Both the position numbers and the translations under genes were made by a program. DNA of 63,183 nucleotides, the filler included, from Thermodesulfobacteriota bacterium (GTDB taxonomy: Bacteria > DASVDK01), in the NCBI GenBank assembly GCA_036381125.1. It is 7 parts of 7 records of this genome, joined end to end, with 100 filler letters (N's around TTAATTAATTAA, not from the genome) between each part and the next. Parts side by side here need not be neighbours in the genome. Positions count along the whole stretch, not along the records: positions 5,972 to 12,731 come from DASVDK010000257.1; positions 12,832 to 33,146 come from DASVDK010000258.1; 5 more parts are not named here. One strand, 5' to 3'. The notes under the pieces were generated by a model. The model ran no database searches and was not told where the DNA came from. It was given only the letters and a program-made list of their open reading frames with translations. The first letter of the stretch is position 1; the number at the start of each line of letters is the position of its first letter. Below, one piece after another: positions 10,049 to 19,993 of this stretch.

Positions 10049-10390
10049 TTGACCATCACGGAACTCGTGGTCCTGGCCACCGGGTTGGCGGTCATCGCCG
10101 TGGCGGCGGCGCTCGTGCCGGCGCTCCTGGAGGTGCGGCGGGCCGCCCGGTCGCTCGACCGGACGCTGTCGGAGACCGCGGAGCGGCTCCCGGGCGTCCT
10201 GGCGCGCATCGACGGGCTCCTGCTCGAGGCGGAGCGGCTCACCGGCGATACGCGCGCGCGGCTCGATCGGATCGAGCACGCGGCGACCAGGCTGAAGGAG
10301 CCGGTGGCGCGCCTCGTCGGGGCGGCGGCCGGGCTCAAGGAGGCGGCCGAGACGCTGCTGGTCGGCCGGCGGCGAGGCGCGAGGTCCTAG
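10049..10390 (+). CDS. DUF948 (YoxC/YtxG-like) membrane-anchored coiled-coil protein
   Basis: N-terminal TM followed by LLEVRRAARSLDRTL heptads. TTG start after GGAGGG. Confidence 0.7.
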   Translation: MTITELVVLATGLAVIAVAAALVPALLEVRRAARSLDRTLSETAERLPGVLARIDGLLLEAERLTGDTRARLDRIEHAATRLKEPVARLVGAAAGLKEAAETLLVGRRRGARS

Positions 10391-12731
10391 CCCGCCGCGC
10401 GGTCGTTCCGCATCCGCCTGACCCAGTCGACGATCACGGCCCGCGCCGCGTCGGGCATCTCCCGGAAGCGGATGCCGGCCTTGCAGCGGGCGCTCCCCTC
10501 GACCGGCTCGACCCGGACGACCTCCCCGACCGCCCGAACCGCGCCGCCCGGCATCTCGATCTCCACGGTCAGCTCCCGCGCCGAGAGCAGGTCGTTCGGC
10601 GCCACGATGGCCGCGCCGTCCGCCGACAGGTCGGCCACTGTGGAGGGCTCGATCGGGGTGCTGCCGGCCAGGACGCGCGCGGGCCGGTCGAGCCGCACCC
10701 GCTGCGCCCGCCGGTGGTCGAGCGGCAGCGTGAGGTAGATGGTCGTGCCCCGGCCGACCCCCTCGCTCTCGGCCCACATCCGGCCGCCGTGGGCCTCGAC
10801 GATGCTCTGCGCGATCGAGAGCCCGAGGCCGGTGCCCCGCTGCCGCGGCGCCTTCTGGTCCTGCCGGTGGAGCGAGACGAAGGGCTGGAAGACCAGCGCG
10901 AGCTTGTCGCGGGGGATGCCGATGCCGGTGTCCCTGATCGCGAGCGTGACGAGGTGCGCCTCGGGGTAGGCGCGGATCTCCACGCGGCCCCCGGCGGGGG
11001 TGAACTTGACCGCGTTCGAGAAGACGTTGGCGAGGACCTGCTCGACCTTCCCCGCGTCCCAGTAGCCGACGATGCCGGCGACCGAGGGGTGGATCTCCAC
11101 GGAGACGCCCTTGCCCGCGGCAAGGAGCCGCGGCTGCGCGAGGGCGCGGTCGAGGATGGACGTGAGGGCGACCTCCTCGCCGAAGAGCCTGAGCCGGCCG
11201 GTCTCGAAGCGGGTCAGGTCGAGGAGGTCGTCGATCAGGGTGACCATCGAGTCGACGCTGCGCGTCGCCACGCGGAGCGCCTCCTGCTGGGCCGGGGCGA
11301 GGGCGCCGAAGCGTCCCTTGAGCGCGAGCAGGAGGTTCCCCTTGATCGTGGTGAGCGGCGTGCGCAGCTCGTGGGCGGCGCGAGCGATGAACTGCAGCTT
11401 GAAGGACTCGACCTCCTTCTCCCGCGTGATGTCGCGGAAGGTCACCGCCGCGCCGATGAGCCGCCCGCGCCGCGTCCGCAGCGGCGCCGCCGAGAGCGCG
11501 AGGAAGCGCTTCTCGAGCGCCTCGGTGACGAGGTAGGCCTCCCGCCGGTCGACCGGCTCGCCCGCCAGCGCGAGGCGCCAGGGCAGGGCGTCCGGCGCGA
11601 TGACGCCGCCGCCCGAGGGGTCGAAGAGCCGCGACAGGCGCGGGTAGTCCTCGAGACGGGGGCGTACGCCCTTCTCCGACGGGCGGCCGAGGATCTGCTC
11701 GGCGGCGCGGTTCATCGCCGCGATGCGGCCGGTGTCGTCGAGGAGCACCACGCCGTCGGTGAGCGTCTTGAGGACCGCATCGAGCTCGGCCCCCTTCTGC
11801 TCGACGCGGTCGAGGGCGCGCTGGGCCTTCACGCGCGTGGCGACGTCGTCGCTCGTGTCGGTGATGGCGATGAGGACGGTGTCGCGCGTCCCATCCTTGA
11901 GCGGGACCGCGGCGTACGTCCAGTAGGCGGCGTCGCGCCGCGCGCCGTCGATGCGCACGTCGGCGCCGCGGCCGGACGTGCCGGTCTCCCGCACGGCGGC
12001 GATCCAGCCGGCGACCTGGGCGGCCACCGCCGCGGGGAAGAAATCGGCGAGCCTGCGGCCGGCCAGCGGCCCCTCGGTCACGCCGGCAAGCTGGAAGAAG
12101 CGGCTGTTGGCCGCGCGCACGCGCAGGTCGGGACCCTGGACCAGGGCCAGCGCGGCGGGCAGCCGGGCGAAGAGCGCCTCGACGAGCTCGGTGCGCGACC
12201 GCAGCTCCGCGCTCACCTCGCCGAGGCGCCGCTCGGTCTCGCGGCGCTCCGTGAGGTCGCGGAACACCGTGACGACCCCCGAGAGCCGGCCGGTCTCGTC
12301 CGTCACGGGGGTGGCGTCGGCCGAGAGGATGCGGCGGTCGCCGCCCGCCGGACCGACCTGGAGGACCATGGAGACCCGACGGCCCGTCGCCGCCGCCTGC
12401 GCCGCCGGCAGGTCGTCGTCGGCCAGGCGGCGCCCGGCGAGGTCCAGGACCGGGTAAGGCGCCCAGCCGCCGTCGGCGGCGTGGCCGAGGAGCTGCTCGG
12501 CGGCCGGGTTGACCGCGGCGAGACGGCCCTCGGCGTCGCTGATGACGGCCGGATCGGCCAGGGCGGTCAGCACCGCCTGCAGACGGCGGCGCGTCAGTTC
12601 CGCCTCCGCCCCGCGCCGGCGCGCCTCGCGCACGGCGGAGGCGACCGCGCGGGCGAGGTGCACGTACTCCTCCGGGGCGTCCGCCGGCACGGCGGGCGCC
12701 GCCTCCGCGCCGCTTCGCGCGGCCGCCGCGA
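10387..12731 (-). CDS. Multi-PAS sensor histidine kinase with C-terminal PilZ domain (5' cut by contig end)
   Basis: Three PAS-like repeats, AHELRTPL, NAVKFT, DTGIG, GTGLGL, then RRAQR and DLSADG PilZ motifs. Confidence 0.88.
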
Positions 12732-12831
12732 NNNNNNNNNNNNNNNNNNNNNNNNNNNNNNNNNNNNNNNNNNNNTTAATTAATTAANNNNNNNNNNNNN
12801 NNNNNNNNNNNNNNNNNNNNNNNNNNNNNNN
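12732..12831. other. Artificial contig spacer
   Basis: Same N/TTAATTAATTAA spacer. Confidence 0.98.
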
Positions 12832-13342
12832 CAATCGCGTCGACCAGGGGCTCGAAGCGCCCCGAGTCGTGGCTGGTCGCCGCCGACAGCCTCACCGCGA
12901 GCGGGAGGCCGTGGGCGTCTGAACCACGATGGCGCGTCGAGCCCGATTGGCCGCGAGCCGTCAGAGTCGGGCCGGTGTCGTGGCCCCCCTTTGGGTCGGC
13001 ACGGGGGAGCCGTCGAGGCAGGCGCGACGCCAGTCGATGGCGTCCCGGCCGCCCCGCTCGTCGAGCCGCACGCGGTGCAGCCGCCGCCAGCAGGACATCC
13101 CGCGGCCACACCCCATCTGGGCGGGCAGGTACTCCTAGGGGATGCCGGTACGGAGCACGAAGAGGATCCCGCGGAGCACCGCGCGGTCCAGCAGGCGCGG
13201 CCGGCCGCCCTTGGGCTCGGGGGCTTCGGCGGCAATAGGGGCTGGAGCTTTGCCCGGAGAACGTCCGAGACGAGGGGCTTGGCCACGCCCCTGAGCGCTC
13301 GCAACCACCGAGCCCCTCATGAGGTTTTGTTAGACCCCCTTA
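12832..13342 (-). mobile_element. Degenerate IS5-family (IS427-like) insertion sequence; transposase pseudogene cut by contig end
   Basis: VAKPLVSD..LLPPKP, frameshift, KGGRPRLLDRAVLRGILFVLRTGIP*EYLPAQMGCG, then OrfB-like GLPLAVRLSAATSHDS. Probable terminal IR GGGGGTCTAACAAAACC near 13323-13339. Confidence 0.85.
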
Positions 13343-13550
13343 GGGAGTCGCGAGCGCGACAAGCGGCGTGCCGACGCCGACCGTCTGGCCCTCCGCGACC
13401 AAGACGCGCGACACGACCCTCGACCGCCGCCTCGACCTCGGACACGACGCCGTCCGCCTCGACGTGCGCGACGATGCGCCCCGCGTGGAGCCGGGAGCGT
13501 TCCCCGACGAGCACCGCAATGACCCGGCCGGCGAGCGGCGACGTGATGAC
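13340..13550 (-). pseudogene. Biotinyl/lipoyl-carrier domain relic
   Basis: VITSPLAGRVIAVLVGE..VEADGVVSEVEAAVEG, frameshift, VVSRVLVAEGQTVGVGTPLV. In-frame TAG just upstream. Confidence 0.65.
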
Positions 13551-13877
13551 CTAGTCGTGCGCCTCGGGCGCCGGGTCCTGGGGCGCCGGCTCCCCGGCCT
13601 CGGTGATGCGGGGCGGAGGCTCGGGCGGCGTCGGCGCCAGCGTCGCGGCCCCGTCGCTCGTGTGCCGCACGACGCGGACCGGCATGCCCCCCGATACGGG
13701 CTGCGATCTCGACGACGCCCGCGCCGACCGTCGCCCCGACGGGGGCCTGTGAGTCGGCGAGTATCACGGGCCCTGCGCGCCGCGCCGGACCGCTCGATCC
13801 GTAAGGCTCGAGAGAGCGCACGGACCAGCACGACGACGAGCCCTCGAGAAGATGCGGACTGACCGCTTCGAGAGGGC

Positions 13878-14207
13878 TCACGCCTCTCTTGTGCCAGGCT
13901 CGAAGGTGCCGACGACTTCGTACATCCCGGGTTCGAATCTGGCGATCGCCAGTGCTTGCCGCAGGTAGGGCAATGGTGCGGGATCGGCGCGCATCGCTTC
14001 GTAATCCGCGGCACTTCGCCATTGCGCATACATCGCGACCTTCGTGCCATCCAGACTGCGATGCAGGCGGGCCGAGACGAAGCCCGGCGCGTGGCGCACC
14101 GAGCGTCCCGTCGCCGTGGCGAGTAGCTCGATGAGGCGCTGCTGGTCGGTGGGCTCGACCGTGAACACGTTGATCAGCGTGAGGGGGCGGTCGTTTGCGA
14201 AGGTCAT
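13878..14207 (-). CDS. Antibiotic biosynthesis monooxygenase (ABM) family protein
   Basis: LINVFTVEP..PGFVSARLHRSLDGTKVAMYAQW. Confidence 0.88.
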   Translation of the reverse strand: MTFANDRPLTLINVFTVEPTDQQRLIELLATATGRSVRHAPGFVSARLHRSLDGTKVAMYAQWRSAADYEAMRADPAPLPYLRQALAIARFEPGMYEVVGTFEPGTREA

Positions 14208-14375
14208 ACCGATGTGACTCCGTGTGGCGGGACGCTCGCGGCGTCATCGCGCATGTGCGGTCCGAGAGTGACGTCGATCGTGCGCCCCGGCGAGACGGTC
14301 AACGTCCCCGCCGGCGCGCCGCATTTCTTGCAACGGTCGTACGTGGAGCGGGGAGATCCAGAAGGGCCGACGACC

Positions 14376-15323
14376 ATGGCTGTCGAACCAGGCACGCAGA
14401 GCTTCCTCGACGCCCTCGCCGCGGCGGACGGTCCGCCCGTCTATGCCCTGTCGCCGAACGACGCCCGTCACGTCCTGTCGCGCGCGCAGGCCGGCAACGT
14501 GCCGAGGCCGGCGGCGGACATCGAGGACCGCACGATCCCAGGCGGCCCGACGGGTACGGTTCGCGTTCGAATCGTTCGGCCCGAGGGCAATACGGACGTG
14601 CTCCCCGTCGTCATGTACTTCCACGGAGGGGGGTGGGTGCTCGGCGACGCGGGCACCCATGACCGGCTGGTCCGCGAGATCGCGGAGGGCGCGAAGGCGG
14701 CCGTCGTGTTCGTCGAGTACGACCGGTCCCCGGAAGCCCGGTACCCCGTGGCGATCGAGGAAGCGTATGCCGCGACCAGGTACGTCGCCGGGAATGGTCA
14801 GTCGCTGAAGCTCGATCCATCGCGGATCGCCGTTGCCGGTGACAGCGCGGGCGGCAACATGGCCGCGGCCGTTGCGCTCCTGGCGAAGGATCGTGGCGGT
14901 CCGACGATCGGCGTGCAACTCCTCTTCTATCCGGTGACGGATGCCGATTTCCACACCGCCTCCTATGAAGCCTTCGCGAACGGGCCATGGCTGACCCGCG
15001 AGGCGATGAAGTGGTTCTGGAACGCCTATCTCCCCGACGAGGGGAAGCGCAAGGAGCCGACGGCCTCTCCGCTGCAGGCGTCGATCGAGCGGCTCGGGGG
15101 CTTGCCGCCGGCCCTGATCATCACGGCCGAGAACGACGTGCTGCGGGACGAGGGCGAGGCCTACGCGCGCAAGCTCGCTCGGGCCGGCGTGGACGTCACG
15201 GCCCTGCGGTTCCTCGGCACCATCCACGACTTCATGGTGCTCGACGCCATCGCGAGCAGGCCGGCACCGCGCGCCGCGATCCGGTCGGCCACCGACACGC
15301 TCCGGCGGGCGCTGTCGACGTAG
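14376..15323 (+). CDS. Alpha/beta hydrolase (HSL-type esterase/lipase)
   Basis: HGGG, GDSAG nucleophile, D in DVLRDEGE, H in IHDF. Confidence 0.93.
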   Translation: MAVEPGTQSFLDALAAADGPPVYALSPNDARHVLSRAQAGNVPRPAADIEDRTIPGGPTGTVRVRIVRPEGNTDVLPVVMYFHGGGWVLGDAGTHDRLVREIAEGAKAAVVFVEYDRSPEARYPVAIEEAYAATRYVAGNGQSLKLDPSRIAVAGDSAGGNMAAAVALLAKDRGGPTIGVQLLFYPVTDADFHTASYEAFANGPWLTREAMKWFWNAYLPDEGKRKEPTASPLQASIERLGGLPPALIITAENDVLRDEGEAYARKLARAGVDVTALRFLGTIHDFMVLDAIASRPAPRAAIRSATDTLRRALST

Positions 15324-15337
15324 CGGACCGCCGCCTG

Positions 15338-16405
15338 CTACGGAATGTCCGTCCGAGCGCATCCCGGTAGACTCAGCACGAAATCGGCGCCGAATGCGCG
15401 GGACGGCGTAACCAGGCCCAGGGCGGTCGGCAGCGAACGGACCCTGGAGGCGATCTCCAGGGCGCTGTTCGCCGCGAAGTCGTAGGCATCCGGCGTGGAC
15501 AGGCGTGCCCTGGACGACCTCCCCGAAGCGTCGATCGCCTCCGCCCAGATCGTGCTCCGGTGGCGGCGCCGTTCGGCCTGGCTGGGCCCTTCCGGAAGCC
15601 TGCGGACGAGGGCTGCCAGTCCTCGTTGTCCGGCGCGGCTTCGAAGCACCGGCCCGAACAGGCTCCCGAGAACATCCGCCGAACGGAGCAGTGCCGTCCG
15701 GCGGAGATAGACCGTGATGGTCCCTGCGCCGGTGTTGTGGAGTGCCGTGGCCACGTCGCCCCACGAGACGGGCACGCATGGTTCTTCGCCCGAGCCGAAA
15801 TCGGTCCAGCGTGGTGACCGGTCGTCGAGGGGGACGATCGTGCCTGCACGCCGGCAGAGTACGGGTCTCGACACCTGGCGGATCGCGGTGCGGAGGGTGC
15901 CTCGAGATGCGCTCTCCAGCCCGCGTAGCGCGATGACCAGCGAAGCCGGCCGGTCGAGCTTGCCGGCCACGTACGCGGCGAGGCAGTCACTCGGAACCAC
16001 GTCGAAGCCGGCTCCCGGCACGGCGGTGATTCCGGCCTGCCGGATTTCCGCCTCTCGCGACCACAGCGCCTCGAAGACCTCGATCTCGCCTGTGATGTCG
16101 ACGTAGTCCGTCCGTGTAGACAGGCATGCGCCCAGCATCGGCGCGGAAGTCGCGGCGAACGGACCTGCCATGTGCACGACGCACGCGATGTCCGTCAGGG
16201 CTTCGGATAGCGCCTTCGCGTCATCGAGGCCGATCACCCGCGTCGGCAAGCTCAGCCGATTGCCCAGTGCTTCCAGCGCATCGCCGTCGCGGCCCGCGAG
16301 CACGACGTCGAGCGACTGTGCCGCCGCGAGTTCGGCGGCCAGGCGACCCGTGTAGCCGTACGCGCCGTACAGCAACAGACGCGTTCGGCCTGGCCTGCCC
16401 GGCAT
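15338..16405 (-). CDS. Saccharopine dehydrogenase-like NAD(P)-binding oxidoreductase
   Basis: YGAYGYTG, AGPF, YVDITGE, GFDVVPSD. Confidence 0.9.
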   Translation of the reverse strand: MPGRPGRTRLLLYGAYGYTGRLAAELAAAQSLDVVLAGRDGDALEALGNRLSLPTRVIGLDDAKALSEALTDIACVVHMAGPFAATSAPMLGACLSTRTDYVDITGEIEVFEALWSREAEIRQAGITAVPGAGFDVVPSDCLAAYVAGKLDRPASLVIALRGLESASRGTLRTAIRQVSRPVLCRRAGTIVPLDDRSPRWTDFGSGEEPCVPVSWGDVATALHNTGAGTITVYLRRTALLRSADVLGSLFGPVLRSRAGQRGLAALVRRLPEGPSQAERRRHRSTIWAEAIDASGRSSRARLSTPDAYDFAANSALEIASRVRSLPTALGLVTPSRAFGADFVLSLPGCARTDIP

Positions 16406-16423
16406 GACCGTCCATCGCCCCGT

Positions 16424-16951
16424 TCAGTGGTCCGAGTCGCGTCGAGTCCGACGCGGCGCAAACTTGCCGGCCACGGAGTAGCTGGTGTCCGTGACTCTGC
16501 CCGTTTCGAGGACCTCCTTCAACCTGCGCAGGTTCGCAGACACCTCTTCGGCCGGGTACTTGCCGACCAGGGCCAGTGCCACGCGCCCCAGTCTCCCGAG
16601 AGGCGCCTTCATCACTTCGCGAACTTCGGTCTCTCCGGCCCCGGCTCCGGGGGTGAAATGGATTGCCCAGGAGGTCCTCAGCCGAGGTGAGGCGACCGTT
16701 TCGTAGCGGATCAACTCGTTGGTGCGCTCCTCGGTGACCCGTATCGTCCAGTTCGTCCGGATGCCCAGGGGGCCCAGTATCGTCCATCGAGACGTTGTCG
16801 GGTCGATCTCCTGGATCGCCACGACGTCCCCCAGGAAGCTCGGCAGGTTCCCGAACGCTCGGTAGAACCGGAAGACCTCCTCTACCGGGCGGCGGATCGT
16901 CACGCCGGCCTCGATCGCATCCGCGTCGCGCGGCGGAGCGATCCGCGTCAT
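16424..16951 (-). CDS. SRPBCC/polyketide cyclase family protein
   Basis: VTIRRPVEEVFRFY..NLPSF..SRW..LRRLKEVLETG. ATGA overlap with the upstream fragment. Confidence 0.85.
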   Translation of the reverse strand: MTRIAPPRDADAIEAGVTIRRPVEEVFRFYRAFGNLPSFLGDVVAIQEIDPTTSRWTILGPLGIRTNWTIRVTEERTNELIRYETVASPRLRTSWAIHFTPGAGAGETEVREVMKAPLGRLGRVALALVGKYPAEEVSANLRRLKEVLETGRVTDTSYSVAGKFAPRRTRRDSDH

Positions 16952-17324
16952 CGCGACCGCCGCATGGCGTACTCCGCGAGGCGTTCGAAGTCCGCTGGCG
17001 GGAGGAGTCCCGTGGTCAATCGGCGAGCCGACAACCAGGCTGGCGTGCCTCGGACGCCCCGTGTGCGGCTGAGCGTCTCGGCCTCCGCGACGGCTGCCGC
17101 GGCGCTGCCGTCGGCAAGGCCGGCGTGCAGGGCCGAGAGGTCGATGCCCGACTCGCTGGCGTGCCGGTCGATCACGGCGGGATCCTCGAGGTCCTCGCCA
17201 GGGACGACGTGCGCGTCGAAGAGGTCCCTGTGCACCTGTGGGAAGGCACCCGGCCGATGCCGCCGGACCCACTCGGCAGCGGCCAGGGCCGGCCGCGGCT
17301 CCGTCGCTCCCGTCGCGCGGCGAC
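16948..17324 (-). pseudogene. DsbA/FrnE-family protein, C-terminal fragment lacking CxxC
   Basis: ALAAAEWVRR..LFDAH..DLEDPAVI..GVRGTPAW. No start codon or N-terminal half; abuts the UbiB stop. Confidence 0.65.
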
Positions 17325-18923
17325 TCACCTGCGCAGGGCCCACAGGGTCCTCACGCTGTCGGCGACGGCAGCGGCCACGGCAATCCAGAAGACCACGCCG
17401 ATCCACACCTGCCAGCCTTTCGGCTGGTAGAACTGCATGACGATGGCAAGCCCCACGATGCACGCCGCCGCCAGCCTGGTGGCGTTCGCGCGTTCGGCGG
17501 CACGCTCCAGGCGCCTGACGAGCGGCTCGACATCCTCGACGCGCGTCCAGACCCGAAGGGTGCCTCGTTCGATCTCGCCAAGGACGCGGTCGAGTCGTCG
17601 AGGCAGATCGATGCCGAGCTCCGCGACGTCCAGCGCCGATTCGCGCAGGCGATCGAGCGACTGGCGGCCGACGACGCCCTGGGAGACGAGCTTTCCGGCC
17701 ATTGGCCGCAGGTGATCCGCGAAGCTCGAATCGGGATCGAGGGCTTGCAAGACCCCTTCGCACATCGCCAGCGCTTTGAAGAGCTGCACCAGATGCCCGG
17801 GCATGCGCAGGCCGTGGCGACGAACCACCTGGAGCAGGTCGCCCACCGCGTCGCCGAACCGTACGGTGTCGAGCGACGCATCGACGTACAGGCCGAGCAT
17901 TCGATCGATCTCGCTCGTGATCACCGCGCGGTCGAGAGGACGTGTCGGGGCGGTGAGGTCGATGAGGCGATCCACGACGCGTTCCGCGTCGCGCCGCTCC
18001 ATGGCGACGAACATGTCGGCCACGTGCCGCCGTTCCACGTCCGTGAGGCGCCCCACCTTGCCGAAGTCGACGACGGCAAGCGCGCCGTCGTCCTGGATCA
18101 GCAGATTGCCCGGGTGCGGGTCCGCGTAGAAGACGCCGCGCTCGAAGGCGGGTTCCAGGACGAAGCGGGCGATGCGGCGCGAGACCGCCGCTCGGCGCCG
18201 CTTCGGCAGGTCGGCCACGTCCGAGACCTTGCGCCCTTCGATACGCTCCTCCGTGAGCACGCGGTTCCTGGAGTACTCCGCGAGGACGTCCGGAACGCGG
18301 AAGGCGCGGTCGTTCGAGAACGCATCGCGGAAGAACCGTTCGTGCGCGGCTTCGCGACCATAGTCGAGTTCCTCCCGCAGGGCGTCGCCGAACTCTCGAA
18401 GCAGGCCGCCCGCGTCGTAGCGCTCGAGAATCGGAAAGCGCGGAGTCCAGTGGGCGATGAGGCCGGCCAGGATCTCGAGATCGACCCGAACGAGCTCGTC
18501 GACGCCGGGCTTGCGCACTTTGAGCACCACCTCGCGGCCGCTGAAGAGCCGCGCGGCATGGACCTGACCGATCGAAGCGCTCCCGAGCGGCTGCCGATCG
18601 AAGGACGCGAAGAGCTGATCGGGCAGCGCACCCAGGTCCTCTCGGATGACCTCGGCAATGGCGTCCGAGGGCAACGGGGCCACGTCGTCCTGCAAGAGCG
18701 CAAGCTCGGTCCGATACGCGTCGGGCAACAGGTCGCTGCGCGTCGAAAGCATCTGGCCGAGCTTGACGAACATGGGCCCGAGCTCCTCGCACGCGCGGCG
18801 AAGGTGCTCCGCGCGCGACCGGTCGCCGGCCTCGTGCTTGATGAGTTGATCGTCGACGGCGCCGATGCCGTGACGCGCGAGGACGGCCACGATCTCGCGG
18901 TAGCGCTCGTGCTTCGTGATCAT
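17325..18923 (-). CDS. ABC1/UbiB/AarF-family atypical kinase
   Basis: ELGPMFVKLGQMLSTR, SASIGQVH, ADPHPGN, DFG, two C-terminal TMs. Confidence 0.93.
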   Translation of the reverse strand: MITKHERYREIVAVLARHGIGAVDDQLIKHEAGDRSRAEHLRRACEELGPMFVKLGQMLSTRSDLLPDAYRTELALLQDDVAPLPSDAIAEVIREDLGALPDQLFASFDRQPLGSASIGQVHAARLFSGREVVLKVRKPGVDELVRVDLEILAGLIAHWTPRFPILERYDAGGLLREFGDALREELDYGREAAHERFFRDAFSNDRAFRVPDVLAEYSRNRVLTEERIEGRKVSDVADLPKRRRAAVSRRIARFVLEPAFERGVFYADPHPGNLLIQDDGALAVVDFGKVGRLTDVERRHVADMFVAMERRDAERVVDRLIDLTAPTRPLDRAVITSEIDRMLGLYVDASLDTVRFGDAVGDLLQVVRRHGLRMPGHLVQLFKALAMCEGVLQALDPDSSFADHLRPMAGKLVSQGVVGRQSLDRLRESALDVAELGIDLPRRLDRVLGEIERGTLRVWTRVEDVEPLVRRLERAAERANATRLAAACIVGLAIVMQFYQPKGWQVWIGVVFWIAVAAAVADSVRTLWALRR

Positions 18924-19369
18924 GGTGCCATCGGGCCGCACTCCGAGATGCAGCAGTTGCGGTGCCCTGTCCGATGCCTACGAGGCCCTCGCTCGTTGGG
19001 ATCGGCGGGGCCGCCACGCCGGCGATCGGCACGCGAAGGGCCGCTGGCGGGTCTCTCGTGTGGCCGCTTACGCCTCGACCTTGTGACGGCGGCGTGGGAT
19101 GCGCGGGCTGCAAGCGGCCGTGCTTTTCCGCAAGAACGCGAAAGAGGCGGCCGACGGGCTCCGGGCACGTGCCGGCGCGCTGCGCGTGCACCCCGGCAAG
19201 CCGTTGGACTAGTAGCGATACGACCGGTTGCCCTGGGGGATCGCGCGCCGGGCGAGCCGCGCCGAGTTGCGCGGTCACATGGGGACGCACGCCGGGGCTC
19301 GGCGAATAACCCCTGGAAATCTCGATAGTTTCGGGGCTCGATCCGCGGCGACGAAAAAGAGCCCGCGCG

Positions 19370-19396
19370 TGTCGATCCTGTGGGACCTCGTCCGTC
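19370..19396 (+). promoter_or_regulatory. ECF42-type promoter (TGTCGA-N17-CGTC) upstream of YciI
   Basis: Matches the motif described for ECF42 targets, which are DGPFAETKE genes. Same motif and spacing conserved at 24272-24298. Confidence 0.6.
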
Positions 19397-19471
19397 TCTG
19401 TCTGGACGAGACGGAGGCGCTGGCGGTCGTCCTCGACCGGAGCGCCCGACAAGCACCGGAGGAGCACGACG

Positions 19472-19906
19472 ATGCGCGTCATGGTCATGGTCAAGGCGAC
19501 GAAGAACTCCGAGGCCGGCGTGATGCCGAGCGAGACGCTGCTCGCCGAGATGGGCAGGTTCAACGAGGAGCTGGTGAAGGCGGGTGTCATGCTGGCGGGG
19601 GAGGGCCTGCACCCGAGCCGCAAGGGGAAGCGCGTGCGGTTCTCGGGCGGCAAGAGGACCGTCGTCGACGGCCCGTTCGCCGAGACGAAGGAGCTCGTTG
19701 CCGGTTACTGGATCTGGCAGGTGAAGTCGATGGAGGAGGCGGTCGAGTGGGTGCGCCGCTGCCCGGACCCGATGCCCGGCGAGGACTCGGAGATCGAGAT
19801 TCGCCCGATCTACGAGGCGGAGGACTTCGGCGACGCGTTCACGCCGGAATTGCGGGCGCAGGAAGAGCGCCTGCGCGCCGAGGTCGAGCGGCAGCGCGGG
19901 TCGTGA
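19472..19906 (+). CDS. YciI-family (DGPFAETKE) protein
   Basis: VVDGPFAETKELVAGYW. GGAGG upstream. Confidence 0.93.
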   Translation: MRVMVMVKATKNSEAGVMPSETLLAEMGRFNEELVKAGVMLAGEGLHPSRKGKRVRFSGGKRTVVDGPFAETKELVAGYWIWQVKSMEEAVEWVRRCPDPMPGEDSEIEIRPIYEAEDFGDAFTPELRAQEERLRAEVERQRGS

Positions 19907-19993
19907 CGCAGGTGCCCTCTCGGCCCGGGCCGCACGGGGCGGTGGGCCGCCGCAACGATCGCGGCGCGTCCGGAGGCCCGGCCCGCGCGAGGA

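Noticed and set aside
14214..14375. Cupin-esterase fusion
   Set aside because: Only one partial cupin motif is present; the esterase has its own plausible start at 14376.
13878..16951. Polyketide/antibiotic gene cluster (ABM, SRPBCC cyclase, hydrolase)
   Set aside because: No PKS/NRPS or other core synthase; mixed orientation and broadly distributed families.
17325..18923. Recent duplication of the two UbiB genes (also 59538-61211)
   Set aside because: The proteins differ widely outside family motifs and lie on different contigs; ordinary paralogues or homologues.
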